A stretch of 64,000 nucleotides of DNA from Perkinsus olseni. Its lineage: Eukaryota. How positions within the stretch are numbered: the first letter of the stretch is position 1; every line of letters starts with the position of its first letter. This document shows positions 38,561 to 50,888 of the stretch, piece after piece. Location of the stretch: assembly GCA_013115125.1 (NCBI GenBank), contig JABANN010000107.1, forward strand, positions 1 to 64,000. Reading direction: 5' to 3'. The notes beneath the pieces are model-generated. The model had not been told where the DNA came from and searched no databases. It was given only the letters and a program-made list of their open reading frames with translations. A program made the translations under genes and the position numbers.

Positions 38561-39198
38561 ACGCAACCCAGTTGTAAGAGCACCTTTGTCATGATGAGCC
38601 CACCTCACTGTATAGAGGGAGTGCCCCTTCGAGCTGATCGTTGTTTTCGATCTTCTGCCAGGGCTACTATCTTTCGTTAACGTGTGAACGTGTGCGAGTA
38701 AGGAATAGATTTTTCTCATCTGCGTGGTTTGCTACGCGGCGACCCGACCTTCGCGGCTGTCGTTTCTACAGCTGCAGACGCAGCGTCAGTTCGAGGTCCT
38801 TAGCTGTGGTTGCGTTCACCTCCTGGAGCAAGCCCAAAGGGGGCTCAGGCCTCGGTGGCCTTTGGGCTTGGCCTCAGTCCAGTCCAAGAGCGGCCCATCC
38901 ATTCTTACTGGGGATGAGGCGAGCATGCGAACCATGAATATAAATCGTTCCAACTCACTCTCAGCGAGTAGCCGGAATCGCGAGGCGGGGAAGGAGCGTT
39001 GCTGCTGTGCCTAGCATTCGGGCTCGCCGCTGCCGTCCCCTTGTCAAGAATACATCGCTTCGCTCTTCGGAGCTACTGTCATTCATTTCCTCTAGGACCG
39101 CCGTGCATGCCATCAGGGTTTTCAGTACGAGTGGCCATCAGCCGTTGTAGCTGCAAATTTTACTTCAAGTGCCTCTATCAGCCTTGTTCCGTCTACTC

Positions 39199-39693
39199 AT
39201 GTTTTTCACCCGTGTCAGTCTGATCTGCACCTTCTGCATTCTCGCTACCGGCCTAGAGTATTTCAGAAGGCGTGGCGGCTACTCGCCTCTGCCGTTCAAC
39301 GACATCGAGCTTGCAAGCTACGTGGCTTCCCGGAAGATATCCTCTTCGGGGACGGCTGTGTATGTGTCAAAGATATCTGTAAAGTTCGATGACTCCGGAC
39401 AGAAGGCCGAGTTCAAGCTGCAGATGTCGTCGAGGGCGGCCAATCCGGGCAGGAGCTACACATCCCCTTGGTTGAAGATTGGGTTCTCTCCCTCCTGCGT
39501 CGGTAAAGTGTCGCTAAGGGCAAGCAACAAGGCGGCCTACGATGAGTTCAAGAGAAGCCTCGCCAGTGAGGTCGGTGGCGAAGCGGTCTTCAACGCGTTC
39601 GTCCTCCACTCTGGCGGAGACACCGAGTACAGTCTGCATGTCTGTGCTGGGGGTACTCTAGGCAAATACTGCAGCGAAATACCCATACACTAG
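39199..39693 (+). CDS. Small secreted protein family copy 4 (164 aa, intact, intronless)
   Basis: Signal MFFTRVSLICTFCILATG. Shares YVASR, FDDSG, TSPWL, Y(D/E)EFK and HVCAGG..GK.CS with copy 3. Confidence 0.85.
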   Translation: MFFTRVSLICTFCILATGLEYFRRRGGYSPLPFNDIELASYVASRKISSSGTAVYVSKISVKFDDSGQKAEFKLQMSSRAANPGRSYTSPWLKIGFSPSCVGKVSLRASNKAAYDEFKRSLASEVGGEAVFNAFVLHSGGDTEYSLHVCAGGTLGKYCSEIPIH

Positions 39694-40173
39694 ACTAGTC
39701 TTATGAGACCTGCGTCGGTCAGGTTGGTGTTAATTCGCGTCCTCCTCTGTACCGTAACGGGAGGCGAGGCTCGCCATAGTCCGCACGGTAATTTCTCCCA
39801 GTGGGCGCAACCGCCCTTTTTTCAAGTCCACGTACGTCGAATCGCGATGACACTACCATCTCTACTTATGTAGCTCGTACCATTGGTTCGATTTTTCCAT
39901 CGACCTTGCTCACTGGTTTCAGCTCCTATGCCTCCCTTGTTGTGCGTGTCTTGGCGGGAGGGGTCATCGCTCCATGCTCATCCTAGTATCATTTCTGTTC
40001 AACTCAGCGAGGCCCTCGTAGTCTGGTTCGAATTATTGTACTCGAGCTGCTCTGGTCCTTGATAGAGCGGTATTGTGGTATTTATGCTACAATGCCACCT
40101 TCAGCCGGGTTTTGCATCGCACCGCTGGCTGTTGACGAGTCGACCCTCCTCAGCTAATACCTTTTGTTGGACC

Positions 40174-43100
40174 ATGCCAGGGTTTCTGGGTCGGCTCCTC
40201 CTCTTTGCCGACCTGCTGGCTACGGTTCGGAGCCGGGAGGAGAAATTCTACTTCTCAGACGACGACGATTATGACTCGACGGACGGTAAGATGCGAATCT
40301 TTTCTGTGCGTATCTTGAGCTCACTCAGCCGACACGTCTCTTGGCGAGCCTGCATCAGCTGCCGCGGTCGCCGACCCCGATGGTCTGGGCTATAAGGTTG
40401 GATCTCACTTCCACCTCAACTTAGAAGACAATTTAAAGACGACACGGCCGCCGCCGACTACGGCCCAACTCCCAGAATATCCATCATGGCGTGCTGGAGG
40501 TGGGCCTTCGGTCCTCCCCGCCGTGGGATCGTCTGTGGGAGGCCGGCGACGTCCTGAGCTGTAGACGCTACTATGTTCTCAGATGCTCCGATCGAAACTA
40601 CGACAGGCGACTTGCCTTGGGGGGCCACGCCGTCTTCAGCGTTGTTTGACGTTGACACTGGCGACTCAAACTTGAAGGAGAGGAGTAGCATTCGGCCTGA
40701 GACGAGTCCCCATGCCGAGAGTAGTTCCACCACTACAGTGACTTCAACGACCACCACCGCCACCACTACGAAACCGAGTGAGGCTTTGAGTGCTTGAGCC
40801 ATAGTGGTACTGATCTTGCCTGTCCAGCATACACGCCCGCGTCCAGAATACAGGAGACTAGCACGTCGCTGGACATGGACTGTCCTGATGGTTACGAAGC
40901 CCGGGGCCTCTGGGTACTCATCAATGACCCCACGCGGGGGTATAGGAAAGGTGGGAGGCCCCTTCTCTTCAGCCCCATCAGTGCACCTCCTCAGGCAAGC
41001 ACGAGTCTATCGCGGCGGTGTCTCTCATCTGTGACGACCATCTTGAGCAACTCAAGAGCTCGGTAGGCCTGTGGCATCACCCGCTCCCCCTTCGCTTCCA
41101 AGGTTTGTGTTGCAGCCTTCGACACCTAAGGCTTCAAGTCAACAGCAGTGGACCAGACTGGCCTGCATGGACAGACCCGACGGCCAGCGGGTGAGGCCTC
41201 CTCTAGCCGTGCTCACTGTGATGCACGTCAGCAGGTGGTGATTTCGGCCATCAGCACAGCGGCAGAGTCGGAGTCGAGCGAGGCGCCTTTGATGGAGCTC
41301 AGGCTCCAATGTTCTGACGGTACGCTGACGCGGGAAAAGCGTCGGCTGCTGGCGACTCGGTCTCCTACCCCAGGCATCACAGTGTATGGCTACGCCCCCA
41401 CTGAGAGCCGTCGCATGTGGCGAGAAGGGGAACCATGCAAGGAGGGAATGACGGCTAAGGGCGTGAGTGAGAGCCCTCTCGCCTTTTCCCACCGTCTGCG
41501 TGTAAGGTTCGAATGGCCATGAAGGAGGGAGAGATGATGAGCATATCGACTCAGTGTGCCACGGCCTGCACCCGCCACGACTGTGGCTTCCAGGAGTTGA
41601 GGGGCTCATCCTCTGCTGACCATTTCACCAGCGTTTGCGGGTGGAGACCAAACTGTCATTGTGATTGTGGCGCGGTAGGCCAAGATACTTTCGTCGCACT
41701 AGGAAGGATATCGCTTATCAGACATCTTTCGTGGCGACCTCCCAATCCCTTTCGAGGATACCTCTGCCGTCCGTGCCTGAGGTGGTGGCTGAAACGGCTC
41801 CTGCTCCTCTATTTCCACCGCAACCGAGCTTGATGTCTCGGCAGATCCAGCAACAGACTGAAGTCGCTCAGCAGGTAGAGGCGCGGGTTCGATCCTCGGC
41901 GGCGGTACTTTGCATTTTACAGGCGAACCTGCAAGCCATTGACGAGCAGCGCATATCACAGATAGAGCGACAGGAGAATAAGCTGGATGCCGGCATGGGA
42001 GAGCTGGTACGATAAGGACGCTCGACCCGTCCCCGACCGTCACTCCTGCAGACCGCCACTCTTGACCTATCCCGGAAGAATCTTACGTCGATCAAGGGTG
42101 CTCTCACGGAGGGGTTGAAACAGAATGCGAAGACCATCATGTCCCTTGTTGGGGACATTGCGTCTCTTATTGGAACGGGTAGGAGGGGATGGCGAGTCGA
42201 TGGGGGGCTGCCTGTATATGTTCCCTCTAGCGATACCAACCCCGAGCAAGGACGAGGACCCCATGGCGATCCTGAACCGAGCTGAAGAGGTGACTTCGAG
42301 ATCTAAGGATTCGGTCGCCCTACCCTCACCCTCGTAGATGCTTCGTCAGCAAGTTGTCACGGCAAGGGCTAACGGCTCCTTCCCTCCGGTGCCTCCACAG
42401 GAGCAAGAGAAAGTGAAAGCGCTGTCTGATGCTGTGGGTAACATCATACGGGCCGAGACTCTCAATAGGAATAGGATAGACCAGGTGAGTCTGCCGTGGT
42501 GTGGTACTGGCGGCAGCTTCACCTTCTGCAGTTGTCGAAGGCCTTCGAGAGCCTCCACACGGAGCTGAGTGAAGCAGGCCATTTAAAAGACAATCACCTG
42601 GTTGCTGACTCTGACTAGTAACTTTCACGACTGAGAACGCCCTGATGAACGCCTGGGCTCTCTCAGCGTGTCTCTATTGAGTGCCGACCTCAACAGCGTC
42701 CGGGAGGGGATGGACGAGGACATCAACAGCCTGCATCACATTTCTGATGTTCAGGCTAGATCCATGCAGGTGAGCTCTTCGGTTGGTTGTGGCGCTTCTT
42801 GCCCTCTACTGGGAGCCCACTGGAGCTGTGGCACTTGCTCGATGATCTCAGGCACTGCGATCTTCCCTGCGAGCTCTCTCTAAGAAGGTCGACTCGATGG
42901 TCGATAAGGAAGAAAAAGATACCGAGGAGAATAGTAGTAAGGAGGAGACTGACGCGGAGGAGGTGGACGAGGAGCTCACGGCAAGACGTAAGAGGCGCCT
43001 GATGCGAGGCCGGCAGGGAGTCCGACCTTCATCGTTCTCAGTTGAGAGTCTCGAGGCCAAAGTGCGCTTCCTGCAGAACCCAGCAAACCGCCATATATTC

Positions 43101-43880
43101 AACCCGGAGGATCGAGTGGAGGTAGAATCGCGTCATTCTGACACCTCTAGCGTTCCGCCGACTTGTAGTCGCTTACAAGAGTCAGTGAGGTGCAGGAGGA
43201 GAAGATAGGGCTGATCGAGAAGCAGCTGCGGACGATGGTTCAGCGGACTTCAGCGGTACTGTGTCCAGTTCGCTCTGATGGGAGGAGGTTCCTGCTGATG
43301 TCGTCAGAGCACCATCCGAGCTCATGTTGATGATGCAATAGAGGAGTCAAAGCAGGCCTACGGCAGCACAGCTCTCTCCACGCCTCCCGGCTACGTGGCC
43401 ATCGCTGGCCTCCTCCTCGCCTTGGCTGCTGTCGGCATGGGGTAAGTCGATATTCTCGGGAGTCCTTTTTCTCGAGCTGTGGATGGTATGTACGGGTAGA
43501 ACTCAGAGACGGTCGGGTCCGGTTCCGTCGGTGATGGCGGGTGGCTCATCCTCTAGTGGCTGCCTATATTCTCAAACCGTCTTCTCTCGTTCGCAGTTAC
43601 GTCGGCTTCGAACGGTCGGACAAACAACTGCAGGACATCACCTACCTCAACGAGCAAGTGTCCGAGATCATCCAGCGGATATGGCCAGAGGGGGAGGTAA
43701 GTCGAGCAACTCAATAGCGCCTTCAAGGCTGGGTTCATCCAGGAGGAATACTATGGCGAAGAGGCGGCCGAGGAGTATGCAGAGGAGGAACAAGACGTTG
43801 GGGAGGTTGCGCAGGTAGGCCAGGACGCTGGTGGTGTGTGGCCAAGAAAAGTTGGCTATTAGGCATCCGAAGATGCCTGA
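40174..43880 (+). CDS. Putative type-I membrane protein: signal peptide, Thr-rich linker, Cys-rich ectodomain, coiled coil, C-terminal TM (multi-exon)
   Basis: MPGFLGRLLLFADLLATVRS signal, SSSTTTVTSTTTTATTT, Cys-containing exons (CPAY, CPDGYEARG, CKEGMTAK, CATACTRHDC), Q/E-rich helices, YVAIAGLLLALAAVGMG TM and an acidic tail. Could be more than one gene. Confidence 0.55.
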
Positions 43881-44021
43881 CCGCTGCTGGTGCAGCATCC
43901 CTGAGCCTCTGCTATGTAGACATCATGCTGATATTGTGCCGCCATGGGCCATCTGTTGTGCTGCTGTTGTGGGTTGCGTTGATACCGAGTTCGATGGGTG
44001 GTACAGATTTCTCGCTCGCCG

Positions 44022-45202
44022 ATGACGATACCTCGGTCCCGTGCGGAGCGGCAGCTGATGAAGGACCGCGATGCTGTGGAGAAACAGCGACTGAGGAACA
44101 GAACGGGGGGCTATCATCGGTGAGGGCGCATCTTTAATGCGGGCAACTACAAGGTGGTTCGGCCCTGTAGGTACGAACCTTTCAACAGCGTTACCGGTGT
44201 AGCGGAGGGCTGCCCTGCTGATGCCGGCCCTGTCGAACGGTTCGTAACCACAAGTGATCTTGGACAGGACGTAAGGGGAGGGAGGGACCGGATTTTTGTG
44301 GAAGGCGCTTGTTTTTGGCTTCAGCTGAATAGGGCGGAGCACGAGGCCTTTGTGAGGCGACGAGCTGAATGTGCTGAGAGCTTGCGGAAGGAAAGGTAGG
44401 CACTTGATTGGAGGGATTGGAGTTCTCTTGTGACGGCTGTCCCAAGCCGCAGTCGGGGGTCTGACCAGTGTTGGGTATAGGTTCGATCGAGAGGCGGAGC
44501 GATGGAGCGCGATAGAGAAGAATGAACAGGAGGAGAAAGAAAGGCAACAGCGGCTGCAAGTGGGCTCACACTGCTGGACTGTGGCTAAGGCTCCTCTCAG
44601 GCGGACCCTATACTGGGTCGGAAGAACACCTCGGGACAGGCCTATGACATCGTTGGTCTCGGCTATCATGACACTGAAGTAAAGTAGTACTGATGGCTGC
44701 TCTGCCGTAGGCTTCGTTTCAGGAGGGAAGACGGCTAAAGTACCATGACGAGCTTATCAAGTGGCGTGGCAAACTGAGAGCCAACCATCTTGCCGCTCGG
44801 AATCATCTCGGGTAATAGAAAAGCGTGAACCCTGGTGTGTCTAGTTTCGACTTTTCTTCTTTCGGTTCGCTGCATCGGTGCGTGGATTGTGTGCTTTCTT
44901 ACAATTACATGCCTTCAATCACGCCGCCCTGCGAAGTAGCTGGTGGGTCCTCCATGATGCTCCTCCGGCTCGTTTCCATTAATCTCATGGTTAATGAACG
45001 TAGCCTGACTCCGATCTTCAATTCGGTCCGTGAACGTTAATAAACCCGAAATTCCGGAAGCAAGGACCGCCTTGTACGACCGTGACGGCCTTCTAGATGT
45101 TCTCCGTGATGTGACCTCAGGTTCAACCCCATCACAGGGGAATCCTCATTTCAGCTGCAGCATCCTCGAAAGCCCGACCCTGAAACCGCCAAGGGCGAGT
45201 AG
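44022..45202 (+). CDS. Hypothetical charged/coiled-coil protein (multi-exon)
   Basis: Spliced MTIPRSRAERQLMKDRDAVEKQRLRNRTGGYHRYEPF...RFDREAERWSAIEKNEQEEKERQQRLQ...EGRRLKYHDELIKWRGKLRANHL..GFNPITGE...KGE*; exon phases are consistent. Confidence 0.6.
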
Positions 45203-45359
45203 AGTTCGGAGACTGTAGACAGCTGCTCCACATACCATGAACACTCGTACACTAAAGTTGTGACTGTATCATCGGGGAGTTGCGCAGGGCATTTTTGTCC
45301 ATACCAACTTTTGGCGAGCTTCCGGAAGTCGCAGTTGTTGTTGAGGGGCCTTCTGCGAG

Positions 45360-45960
45360 ATGTCGGCATCGTCCACACGACAATGGTCCATCAACGCCAG
45401 CTTCGCCGACATGTTCAAGAAGAGCCAGGAGGAGCAACAACAAGAGGGAGTGGAAACCATCGAAGAACTTCAGCCGAGCGTCGAGGCAGCGCCGCCCGGT
45501 AAGCTCATGCAACTGCGACTCGTGCCCACCACCACTCTCTGTTTCCTGTCAGTAACAGTACCATCGACAGTCTCGTGGCTTGCTTCTCTGGGGAAGAAGC
45601 CCGCTGCCGCTGCTGCAGTAGAGGAGGAAGAAGCTGAATCGGTTATGACTGGTGATGAAGCAAAGGCCCCAAAGAGAAAATACCGGTTCCTGCTGCCTTC
45701 TATGGACCGGCGGAAAATTCCCAAGGCTCGGCCTTTCTATCGACGAGGCACTGACGAGGAGATCCGCCGGGAGTGGCTGTCGACCAGGAAGGTTCGTGTG
45801 GGTGGTGGGCCTTCGGTGACAGTGTGGCTTACCTCAGGCCCTCACTGAAGGTTGGAAGAGGAAGCGGAGAGATGCTCTTCGACGTGTGAAGCGATGGCAG
45901 CAAAGCACAGGGCAGTTTCGAGCGGCTGAACAGCTGTACTTCGACGAGCAACAGCACTAA
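45360..45960 (+). CDS. Small protein with NOL8-like C-terminal motif (3 exons)
   Basis: PFYRRGTDEEIRREWLSTRKALTEGWKRKRRDALRR resembles the C-terminal motif of nucleolar protein NOL8 (from memory, not searched). Confidence 0.5.
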
Positions 45961-47045
45961 CGTCTAACTCAACACTTACTCTGCTCAGTGCCTAGTTACT
46001 GGTCAATAGGAGCTGGATGGGAAGGCCACCGCCTCATCGCCGTGCTGGGCAGTCTACCTTCCACCGAGGCTGTCCGCGGAGTTCAGTTTGAATAAGGCTA
46101 CGGCGCTGTTAGAATTGTTGATGCCATCTAAGGCAGCGAACCCTAGGCGATTATACACTTCCTGTGGCTTGAAAGTGGAGTTCTTGAGGAAGTTGCGACC
46201 TTTAAAGAATTCAAGAGAAGCCTGGCCAGAAGTCGGCAGCGGCCCGTGTTTGATGTTCTCGTCTATCCTTAAGATAGACGAGAAGAGTCCATACAGTATG
46301 TAGAATAGTATCTTACAACTAAAGACCCCTCCCAAGTCTCTTCATATCGCGCGTGCTCGCTGGTGTCCACAGTTACACAAGGTTTTCCGGCGAGATATCC
46401 ATAACCTTTGCGAAACCTTCGACTATAACGTCCCACACCCAAATGGCGATCCTCCTTCCTACCTTCAGCGTCGTAGTGAACGAAGGCTCATCATTCTCGG
46501 GAGGCTTATTTTCCCCTGGACGCACTCGTTTCTTGGACGGGCTGTAAATTACAGCTACGCAAGCCAGTCAACTCAGATTGTTGAAACCTTGTAGCCGCCG
46601 ATTTGCCTAGTGATGAACCCTTCTAAACTGCTCTCTTTGCGTTCATAATAGTACGGATAGTGGAGGCGTTGTTTCTCTCGTACGGTTGCGAGCGCTGCTA
46701 GAAGAGCTCCCAGTTGATTCTCGATTTGGGTGTCTTGGGCTGCCGATATGCTTCCATGTGTTGCTAGAAATGCTGTAGTTTTAGTGGGCTAGTTTATACC
46801 CCACCTGTTAACTGCGGCCTGGATAAAGAGGAGAAATTCTCAGTCCTACATGATGGCGAATACAATCCGGTCCGGAGCTCTTGAGTTCATAATGTGAACG
46901 TCTCGTTATGAACGTCCCCAGCTTTCTTCGGCTCAGGGACAGGGACTAAATTCGCAGCACTTCCACAGCTAGTTACTAGCCGATGTCGCCTAGCGTCTTT
47001 GCATCCCTATCGGCCTCTCCCCTCTCAGTTGATTGTCAGTCTACC

Positions 47046-47650
47046 ATGTTCTTCCACCTCGGCAACAAGCAGGATGGTTCACCCATAGACCTGTACCGAG
47101 ATACTCCCGTGAGACTGTTGGGCTATGCCAATGAGCTCGGAGAGTCTTTCAAATACCTCATCTCAAGGCCCGCGTATCTCACCACCTACGGGGTCGCCAT
47201 AGCATATGTAACGACGACGTGGCGGTTCCGCGGAAATTACCTGTCTTAGCAGGTTCTCGCCGACACCTTCGACAAGACCAAGCGAGCAGAACGGCGACAG
47301 CAATGGAAGGTCGCCCTCGACACGCTAGGGTGGCAAATGCTGGCCAGCGTAGCCATCCCGGGTTTGGTCATCAATAGAGTGGTATGGACTACTAGAAGAG
47401 TCATGCAGGAGAGACAACTTACAAGTACCCGCTGTAGAATGATAGGCGTTCTGCACACAGTTGCCCTCAGATAAGCTCCTCCCGACGTACTTGGGCTTAG
47501 CATGCATCCCCTTGATAGTAGCAGCTACTCTCAACTTCACTGGAAGCAGCTTTGCACATTCAGGTGACCCCTATCGACAGAACCATCGATTGGCTTTTCG
47601 ATAATACAATACGGAAACAACGAGATTGGCCTAAATCTGATCCACATTGA
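47046..47650 (+). CDS. MTFP1: Mitochondrial fission process protein 1 (MTP18) (multi-exon)
   Basis: DLYRDTPVRLLGYANELGESF, YVLADTFDK, DTLGWQMLASVAIPGLVINR, PTYLGLACIPLIVTPID are diagnostic MTP18 blocks. Confidence 0.93.
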
Positions 47651-47871
47651 GTGCTCTAGCCCAATCCGTCCTGTTGCGTTAGTAGTTTCCTCTATGAAGT
47701 AGCTGAGAAGCACTGCAATTCAGCACTGTAAAGGGAGAGAATTGATGATACTCAACACAACATAAGTGAGGAGAATGCTCCAAAGTCTCGAGTCCTTGAA
47801 ACGTCAACCAATCAGCATCATCATCACCGAAGCGACGACGACTAGATCAATCGAAGCAGTAGTTGCAGCCT

Positions 47872-48243
47872 TTACTCAGACTTCTTCTGGTGCTGGCAGC
47901 CCTTAAGAGCGTACTTGGCGTTACGAAGGAACTTAGGGCACATACCGCGAGTGGACATCTTCTTGTAGGTGGGGGCCTGACAACACACAGCAGTCCAAGT
48001 TAGCCCAAGAGGCAATGACGATAAGTGGGCCGAGAATATACTACGCCCTCCTCCAGTGAACGTTCTTGCATACACACAGGCAAACTAAGGCGTCAAACGA
48101 GTCTATTTTACCGGTGCCAATGACGCGATTTTACGAGGGATTCAGTAGAGAGGAAACGCGGATCGACGTTGTACCTTCTTGATGCCGTTGCGGTGGGCCT
48201 TCTTGATCTGGTTGTGGTTGGTATGGTTCTTGGACTTGGCCAT
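47872..48243 (-). CDS. RPL29: 60S ribosomal protein L29 (2 exons)
   Basis: MAKSKNHTNHNQIKKAHRNGIKK | APTYKKMSTRGMCPKFLRNAKYALKG. Confidence 0.97.
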
Positions 48244-48397
48244 GGTGACTGATTCTCAGAGACTCGAGAGGTAAGAGCACGTCAATTAGGCAAATCGATT
48301 AAGCTACCGCCTTGAGGAAATGCAAGATAGCAAGATTCTCATTATTTTGTGGGGTTAGCGTCGGTCGCAGAACGTAAATTTTTATCACCGATTCCTT

Positions 48398-49541
48398 ATG
48401 AAATCTCCTGCCCATGTGATGGCCCTCGAGGTGAAGATGTTTGAAGGCCTGATGAGTGAACGAGGTAAAAATGGGAATTTGCCGGAGATTCTTGGCGACT
48501 TCTGTGCGGGGTTGAAGAGGAAGAGAAAGTGCGACTTGGTGGTGGCGGAGAATGAGTTGGTGTTAAACCCACCACCATCATACATCTTCGTTATGAATGA
48601 GGATCTGTGTGGTGTCTATCCCACCCCTACTGGTGTATATATTAGGAAACCATTAGAACGTGGGGAGGAGGTCATGGTACTACAGCCAGGCTTTCAAGGT
48701 ACCAAGGCTGTCTACTATCATCATAACAACAACAAATCACAACTATCGTATTGTGTGAGGATAATCGTAAGTTGATTATTTATGACCTGAGTGCCTCACC
48801 AGAGCGGCCCGGAGTTACCTCGGAGGTCCTCGGCCTGCCCGGACTGGCGACGTGTTATAGTCGTAAGATGGGCATGGTCAGCAACGATGACTACATCTTC
48901 ATCCTCATAGCCACTGGCCATCTCTTCTACATCAACCGTAGGGACATTCGAGACACCGTCCAGGCATACCTAGGCTGGTCAACAGACGGTTCCAGCGGGC
49001 GCTGCGACCATCTCCTATTAGACCCCAAGAGGGCCTCTTCAGTAAAGGTGATCATGCTCGAGCGTTTCTCTTTCAATATAGCTGAGATCGCTCTGGCTAG
49101 TTACAGAGGTCGTCCCGGCAGGGCTCACTTCATGGGACTTCGCACAACCCAGAAGCGTCCCTCTTTCGGATTATCGACAAAGCTGGTCACCATCGTCCCC
49201 GTAGAGCACGGGATGTTCGGGTTGGTGACTCGCGAGAGTCATACTGGGGCTAGTAAAAAGAAGGCCAAACTGCATCTGATAGGCGCTTCAGACCCCTCTG
49301 TGATGATCATGTGACCATCGCTGACGATTACAAAGAAGCGTACCACTTGCAAGTTCTTAGCGGGCCTGGGGATGCTCTCTACGTACTAAGAAGGGATATG
49401 TCGTTTGCCGTTCAACCTCATTTCAACGTCCCTGACGACCGGTCGGACCGTACCGCATCTTCATCGGACAGTGTAATATCCGATGCTTGCCCCACTGATG
49501 ACCCTAAAAGATTGACAATCTACAATTCATGGTGGTGGTGA
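48398..49541 (+). pseudogene. Tandem family (shared-core, F-box-like N-terminus) copy 1, frameshifted
   Basis: Three overlapping ORFs (48398-48775, 48751-49314, 49311-49541) together align with copies 2-5. A 1-nt deletion is visible in the core (CAACTATCGTATTG vs CAACTATTCGTATTG in the other copies). Confidence 0.85.
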
Positions 49542-49745
49542 TACCCTTCGTGATAGATTATGCTGATTCCACGGCTGTTTGAGTCACTGGCGAGGCTCTG
49601 TGTTCTAAGGTGAGTAAAGGAGAGGATGCTTCCATCGTACTCCACGGGATGCGGATAAGGTTGATAACGTGGAAGTTGCATAAAATCGGACAGTATTATT
49701 TAAGTGGTGCGTTTGTCAGTTGGGTCGTACAATAGAATCTCTTAA

Positions 49746-50888
49746 ATGAAGTCCCCATCGCATGTGACAGCGTTAGAGCTCCGACTGTTTGAGACTGTGC
49801 TGGAGGGTCGGGGGAGGGCGGTCGCACCACCCGAGCTGGTGGGCGAGTTAGCACTCTTTCTGGGCACTCGACCGTGTACGCTGGATTGCCCTCGAGAGGA
49901 GGTCCTAGTGAACCCACCACCATCATACATCTTCGTTATGAATGAGGATCTGTGTGGTGTCTATCCCACCCCTACTGGTGTATATATTAGGAAACCATTA
50001 GAACGTGGGGAGGAGGTCATGGTACTACAGCCAGGCTTTCAAGGTACCAAGGCTGTCTACTATTATAATAATAATAACAACAAATCACAACTATTCGTAT
50101 TGTGTGAGCGCAACAGACGTCTCATCGTCTACTCCCTGTCCCCTGCAGGCCGTAAACAAGGCCATGTGGTGAGGGTGCTAGGCCTTCCCAGGGCAGTGAG
50201 GTCGATCACCGACATGGTCTCCCACGGGCCATTCCTCTTTGTCCTTCTCTCCCGTGGGCATCTCTTCTGTATAGATCAGTCCCATCTCACTACGACGGTC
50301 CAGGCAAAGCTAATATGGTCCAACTCCTTCTATGGCCGATCAGAGGGGTTGTTGGTGGACCCTAGGGAGCCAAAGTGGGTAAATGTATTGGTGAGGGGCG
50401 ACCACGAGATATTCAAGGTACGATTGAGGATGGAGTCCCGCCGGGCACCGCTCTATTTCCAACCCCTTATGGTGGATACGGCACCCATCACTGATGACGA
50501 GCCGGGTGGGCCCAGGCTAGTCGCGGTACGGCCGGTCGACCACAGGCTCTTCGCCCTGGTCTTGCGTCGCTTGGAGGACTCGGAACCTCGTGATTGCTGG
50601 GTTGAGATATGTGACAGGGACTTTGAGACTGTGATGGACGAGTGCAAGGTTAGTCAGGAGTACACGGAGGGGCGGTATATGCAGATCGTGTCGTCTGGCC
50701 ATGGAGACGTCGTTTACATTCTTCGAGATGATACATCGTTCTCACCGCCTTACTCGAGGGAGTGGAGCTCCGATAGTGATGACAGCTCTGAGAGGTCGAG
50801 CGAGTTTGATGATGAGGGGGCAATTAGGCGCCTCTATTTTGGCTGTCCGCGTCGAATCAGCGCGTACTACGTGTACGCTCGTGATTAG
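49746..50888 (+). CDS. Tandem family copy 2 (380 aa, intronless)
   Basis: Intact ORF with the shared core PPPSYIFVMNEDLCGVYPTPTGVYIRKPLERGEEVMVLQPGFQGTKAVYYY. Confidence 0.88.
   Translation: MKSPSHVTALELRLFETVLEGRGRAVAPPELVGELALFLGTRPCTLDCPREEVLVNPPPSYIFVMNEDLCGVYPTPTGVYIRKPLERGEEVMVLQPGFQGTKAVYYYNNNNNKSQLFVLCERNRRLIVYSLSPAGRKQGHVVRVLGLPRAVRSITDMVSHGPFLFVLLSRGHLFCIDQSHLTTTVQAKLIWSNSFYGRSEGLLVDPREPKWVNVLVRGDHEIFKVRLRMESRRAPLYFQPLMVDTAPITDDEPGGPRLVAVRPVDHRLFALVLRRLEDSEPRDCWVEICDRDFETVMDECKVSQEYTEGRYMQIVSSGHGDVVYILRDDTSFSPPYSREWSSDSDDSSERSSEFDDEGAIRRLYFGCPRRISAYYVYARD

Noticed and set aside
43923-44669. 248-aa minus-strand ORF
   Set aside because: Antisense shadow of the spliced + strand gene at 44022-45202; no recognisable motifs.
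46054-46800. Minus-strand coding-like stretch with stops
   Set aside because: Possibly a decayed gene, but I found no family motif or consistent exon chain to support a call.
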